Source: Atractiella rhizophila (taxonomy: Eukaryota). From it: a stretch of 38,655 nucleotides of DNA. The translations under genes were made by a program, and so were the position numbers. A model generated the notes under the pieces. The model had not been told where the DNA came from, did not search any database, and saw nothing but the letters and a program-made list of their open reading frames with translations. Shown piece by piece: positions 33,391 through 38,655 of this stretch (positions are counted from its first letter, which is position 1; the number at the start of each line of letters is the position of its first letter). The DNA is taken from assembly GCA_021432655.1 (NCBI GenBank), contig MU271619.1, forward strand, positions 1-38,655, given 5' to 3'.

Positions 33391-36342
33391 ATGTCAGCCC
33401 CAAGGACGGTCTACACCACTCCTTCTCCCAGCTCCACCCTCCCGCCTCTTCCTCCTCCGCTCACTCCATCCCAAAAAGCCATCTACGCTCGTCTCCTGGC
33501 CCGTGTATCCGAACCAGACTTTATATTGCCTCACGAGATCGCCGTCTACCGAAAAGCGACGAAAGCGAGCTACAAGAAGCTCCCGTACGCATTGCTCGTT
33601 GCTCCTCCCGCTTCTGGCGGAGGAGAGGAAGGGGAGAAGGAGAAGTGGACGGGGTTGAGGGAGGAGGAGAAGGCGTTTTTGACAAGGGAACAGCTTGAAA
33701 GGGTCCTCAGGAGCGTGAAGTGGGACGAAGGGAAGGCGATCGCGAGGTTGGAGGAAACGCTTGTTTGGAGGAGGGAGTATATCGATACCATTGAGGGATT
33801 CGATACCACGGTTGAGCCGGAGGTAAGCTCTTTTCTTACTTGCGACGAGAGTTATGCAGGAGAGCGGAGTCCATCATTTCTGTCTCGGAAAGAGAGCTCG
33901 ATGTCCAAGCACACAGCATTGGCAAGGAGGTTGGATGCAGAAGAGTTGGGAGAAAGTCGAAAATTAGTCTTGCTGTCATTAGGAGTTAATTGTGGAGGGA
34001 GCAACGCTTGCATCGCCGCATTGCCTTACCTCCCTTTCGTCGCTTCTCCTTTTCTTTGCGCACTTTAAATACGGAAGATAGTTCCAGGGAGGAAAAGATT
34101 TCTTATAAGAGTGGGTATGAACGCAGCGCAAATCACCTTGAAGGAGAGGGCATGGGAGCCCAGATTGACGGATCCTCCTTGAGGAGACTTCAAGCTGCAA
34201 CAAGTGTTGTGTCATGTTGAAACTATTTCCCTTGTCCTAAATGGTGCCGCCTATATATTTACCGGAAACAGTCAAGAGCAACATTTACCGGATTTGAATA
34301 TTTGTACTCTCGATTATTGAAATATCAATGGGGTTGGCACAACTTCCGACCTGAGGTGACTATGCCTCAGGCCAAGATACTTTGTTTCATGCAGTCTCTT
34401 ATGGTTGCTCTCCGTCTCCTGAGTTTACTTTCGTTCTTCTGTATGGTCAGAAAGAGCTTCTGCTCAAAGTCTGAAGTGTTGTGGATTGACAGAGATACTG
34501 GGATGAAACTGGTGCAGAAAGTCTTTATCAGAAACTTTTATCTACGTACATCCGTACATCGGAGGAAAAGGGGGAGTTGTGATTCCTTCAAATGAGGTAG
34601 AAAGGCGGACTTGACTCGTCTTGTTGGCGTTGTTAACACGTTCGCGATTGTAAAGGAAGAAGGGCACAACCATGAAGAGCCTGCCAGCCCTTGCCCCTGC
34701 ACACGTTCGCTCTCATTCGCGCATTTCCTTTCCAGAGTTCTCCACGGTCCAAACAAGGATTGCGAAATATTCTATCCTGACGGTCCGGAACAAGAAGGTG
34801 GAATATTCCTTCCTTGACGGAACGCCGCGACGAGATCTCTTATACATACATGAAGTCTAATATTCGGTCCAATTCCCCCCTACGCCATTACATTCAGTCC
34901 AAAGAAGAGAGCTTAATGATGTCGTCGACCAAGACCAAGAGATATGTTTTGCAATAACTCCACGTTCGGCATGGGGAGTGAGGTTTCAAACCTATACATT
35001 CCCGGTCATCACGGCCCTGGCCCTACCATCTTCGCCCCACCTTACCTTCTCTTAAAAGGAGAGGAGAAGCGAAGGGTTGGAGACTTCTTGCGTCTGAAAG
35101 TCAACCGAAGGGTTATTAGTGCATTAGTTGTTTCTCTGTTCGATTTTCTTGGAGATGGTGCACCGTCCATTTTATCCCGTCACCAGCCCGTCATGCAATA
35201 TCCGGAAGCAGACAATATTTTGTCATGCACTAGGTGAAGCTTAAGAGAGGAAGTGTGGTGGAGACAGGAGACATGCGTTCGTATGTCCACTCCGCCTCCC
35301 TTTTGTCTTCCCGTGCCTTGCACCCTCTTCCTTCTGCATGCTGTGCCATAAGCCAGGAAATGCACAAGTGGGTCTTGGACTGACATAGAAGCGAATTCGA
35401 CACAACAAACTTTACAGTTACTTCCCGTCTCTCCTGACGCTCGGTTGCCCATCATCCCTCAGCTGTCCTTCCAGTGCTGCTTCGATGACTGACTATTTCT
35501 CATGCAGAGCGAGTCAGGCAAAATGTACATATTGGGATACGACACGCTCTCTCGTCCCTGTCTCTACATGCACCGTGCGTTTACCCCTCTTTGCTCCTAT
35601 CCCGTCGCTCACCCAATCCTCAGCCTACCGCCAAAACACGACTGAGTCTCCACGCCAAATCCAATTCCTCGTCTATCAGCTCGAAGCGTGCATCGCGCTC
35701 ATGCCACCGCACTGCGAAAGCCTGTGCATCTGCATCGATTTCGGATCCAAAAAGGGCGTGAAATCGAACCCGACCTCCGTCAATAACTCCTTACAGACCC
35801 TCACCATCCTCCAGAACTACTATGTCGAGCGACTCGGGAAAGCGATCGGAATCGATTTGCCGTGGCTCTTTGGCGCTTTCTGGAAGGTAAGCTTCTTCCC
35901 CTACACTTCGTCTCCTCTCCTTGCTTTGATTGCTACAAGACATTGATGGAGGAGTCGCCAATAGGTCGTGTCGCCCTTCGTTGACCCAGTATCGAAATCA
36001 AAGATCGTCTTCAACGCTACCGATCTCGACCAATACGTTCCCCCCGACCAACGCGAAAAATCGTGTTTTGGAGGAACCTGTGCCTTCGAATACGATCACG
36101 CCACTTATTGGAGTGATTTGACAAAGAAGGTGGCGGAGAGGAAGGCGGAGATGTTTAATCGCTGGAAGGAGTTGGGAGGGAAGATAGGAGAGGAAGAATG
36201 GAGGATTAGAGGTGGCTCGCCGAGGGAGGGGATGGACGTCAAGGTCACCGATGAGAAGGCGACGGCGTCTAAGGCCGTGGAGGAAAAGAAAGAGCAAGTG
36301 CCCATCCCGACTCCAGCGGAAGGAGTCGTTGTTTCTGCGTAG
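33391..36342 (+). CDS. Sec14-family CRAL-TRIO lipid-transfer protein, Pdr16/Pdr17 (Sfh3/4)-like, 4 exons
   Basis: FLTREQLERVLRSVKW...RLEETLVWRREY; PE|SESGKMYILGYD...RPCLYMHPYRQNT..SPRQIQFLV; LQNYYVERLG; SPFVDPVSKSKI; FGGTCAFEYDHATYW. First intron is 33823-35507. Confidence 0.92.
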
Positions 36343-37602
36343 GGAATCGGAGGGGAGAAGTTTTAGGAGCAACAGGATCTGGCCATAGAGTTGTGAGTGG
36401 TATTTTGAGACTCGTTGGGCTCAGGGAACGATGGGGAGGGATAGATACCGGCATAATATCGTTACCCGCTTTTTACATTCCGTTCCCTGTCTGTTTCCTG
36501 AATTGATCATTGGATATCGATTGGATTGGCTTTGGTGACGTTTTTGGAGGAAGACTGCAAACCTTTTCATTTCGGGCCTCGGTACGTCGTTCCAACATGC
36601 TTATTTTTTGAATCGGTTTCTGGTCGCCTTCTTGCTTGCAAAGCTGCGAGGGGATCCTCCACTTCGTTTTATTCATTCACAAAGTGGGACCCTCCACTTT
36701 TCATTCTATTCCAAAGCTGGGCAACATCTTGCCGCTCAATGAAAGCATGTGGCTAGTTTTGGTTGTCACTTCTCATTGACAGGTGCCCTTTCCATTCATG
36801 GTGCTTGGACAACCGTTGAAAGTTGAAAGGACTGTGATGTTGAACCCAATGAAGTCCGCTCTTTCCTGTCCATGCAACGCGACCTCGCCATGCCATGCTT
36901 TGAGAAAAGCTGTGATCCAACTGCGAGATCGATCAAACGACTTCGTCAACACCGCTAGAAGCATGCGTTTGCGCTCGCAGGCATCATGCAGCTGACATGC
37001 TGTCCCGTTCTTCCACCTTCCCCATGCATCTTCTTGGATTCTTTTCACGGTCCAAGCAGGTCCCATGGGGAAGATGGCAGAGCATGGGGGAGAATTCGGT
37101 CCCACTCGTTGCTTTGTGCCAGCTCCATAATTATCTTTTACGTCCGAACCATGCGTGTTGGACTCAATTCATGCACTCGGATTCGTCCGAAACAAATGAC
37201 CGCGCCCGTTCCTCCGTTAGCCAGGTTAAGCTTGCACTGCTTGATCGTTTAGACTCTTTCAAGGATCGGCAAATGATTGAGCCCAACGAATTACACAAAG
37301 AAGCGTGTCGTCTTGGTCTCGTCAGAAAACGGCAGGATCAATGGCAGGATCGATGGAATTGGAAGCAGCCGAGGCCATCGATTTACTGATGGCATTTGAT
37401 GGCAGCATGTGCGCCTGAATTGAAGGAATAATGAGCAACCAGATGAATTTGTTCTTTCCGGTTCAAGTCCGATAGCTTCCTTCGAAACCGGCACCATCGC
37501 ATGTGTCGAAATGGAGATCTCGATCTCATGCGCGTGACCTCAGCGAGGAGCACAAAAATTTAGCATGTGCTTCAGAGCAACGTCTAGAGCGTTTGCGGAG
37601 GC

Positions 37603-37609
37603 TATAAAA
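37603..37609 (+). promoter_or_regulatory. Candidate TATA box of the sugar transporter
   Basis: TATAAAA followed by a CT-rich tract, about 100 nt upstream of ATG 37707. Confidence 0.6.
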
Positions 37610-37706
37610 GACTGCCTCTCCAGATTTTCTCTTTCCCCACCTTCCATTCCCTGGCACTTTCCCTTCACTCCCCTTCGTGGTTGAGATTTAGTAAGGAATT
37701 ATCAAA

Positions 37707-38655
37707 ATGCCTGGTGGTGCTGTCGTCGCTGGTTCCTCCGACCTTAACAGGATCGAGGCCCCTGTTACTATTAAGGGTTCGTCTTTTTCTCGCCTTGGGA
37801 GACCATTTCTGATGCTGGCAACGTTGCAGCGTACCTTCTTTGCGCCTTCGCATCCTTTGGAGGTATCTTCTTCGGATACGACTCCGGTTACATCAATGGT
37901 GTTACTGGATCTGCTATCTTCAAGCACCTCATTGAGGGACCGAACGCCACTGCTCTGACGTCCTCTCACAACTCCCTGATTACCTCTATCCTCTCTGCTG
38001 GTACTTTCTTTGGTGCGCTCATTGCTGGTGACTTGGGTGCGTCTTTTCGTCTATTCTATCGAATTCAGAATTGAGCTAATTTGACCCAATAGCTGACAAG
38101 TTCGGACGAAGGATCATCATCATCTGGGGATGCGTTGTCTACATGGCTGGTGTCATCATTCAAGCTGCTACTCAAGGATCCAAGACTACCGCCCTTACCC
38201 TGATTGTTCTTGGTCGTATCGTTGCTGGTATCGGAGTCGGATTTGTCTCGTTCGTTTTCTATCATATCCCGAGGCGACCAGCTCACATTGCCGCAACAGT
38301 GCCATCATCATTCTGTACATGTCCGAGATTTGCCCTCGCAAAGTTCGAGGTGCCCTTGTCTCGTGCTACCAGTTCTGTATCACCATCGGTATCCTCCTCG
38401 CCTCTTGCGTCACCTACGCCACCGAGAGGCGCGACGATAGCGGTTCCTACAGGATCCCCATCTGTATCCAGTTCGCTTGGGGTCTTATCCTTGGTATCGG
38501 ATTGTTCTTCCTTCCCGATTCCCCCAGGTTCTATGTTAAGCACGGAGACATCGAGAAGGGACGAGAGGTGCTCGCTAGGCTCCGTGGTCAACCCGCTGAC
38601 TCTGAGTACATCGAGCTCGAGCTTGCTGAGATTGTCGCCAACGCTGAGTTCGTCT
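37707..38655 (+). CDS. MFS sugar porter (monosaccharide transporter), 3' end outside the window
   Basis: MPGG...RIEAPVT; FGGIFFGYDSGYINGV; ADKFGRR; GRIVAGIGVG; YMSEICPRKVRG; LPDSPRF; three GT-AG introns. Confidence 0.95.

Noticed and set aside
36400..37600. ORFs and SYGGRG (CreA/Mig1-like) sites upstream of the sugar transporter
   Set aside because: The ORFs have no recognisable features, and degenerate 6-mers are expected by chance.
1..38655. tRNA or rRNA genes, and most short ORFs antisense to the called genes
   Set aside because: The TTCGA-containing sites I inspected lacked a T-arm or cloverleaf, no rRNA-like sequence was seen, and the antisense ORFs are shadows of real exons.

Overview
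Fungal genomic DNA, probably basidiomycete (inferred from 45-70 nt GT-AG introns with CTRAY-type branch points and from the gene families). The ORF track fragments the genes, so models were rebuilt by hand-splicing. Order: a CpG-depleted, probably transposon-derived left end (1-2262, ending in a CACTA-like terminus); a degenerate gene of an unrecognised family; an SDR oxidoreductase (-); a Borealin/Nbl1-like gene (+); a secreted GH76 hydrolase (-); a Ser/Thr-rich GPI-anchored protein (+); RNA Pol III subunit RPC17 (-), head-to-head with a PPR gene (+); RLI1/ABCE1 (-); a second, pseudogenised copy of the unrecognised family; a Pol iota-like Y-family polymerase (+); an acyl-CoA synthetase ending in the PTS1 signal AKL (-), head-to-head with a Pdr16-like CRAL-TRIO gene (+); and the 5' part of an MFS sugar porter (+). 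Two partial tandem duplications (about 1.5 and 2.3 kb) look more like two alleles assembled in tandem than real duplications, and two A/C-rich patches look like base-calling artefacts. I cannot demonstrate a new biological system. The best leads are four oversized introns (395-1685 nt): the RPC17 one is hairpin-rich with a candidate 9-nt micro-exon, and the CRAL-TRIO one has antisense splice signals.
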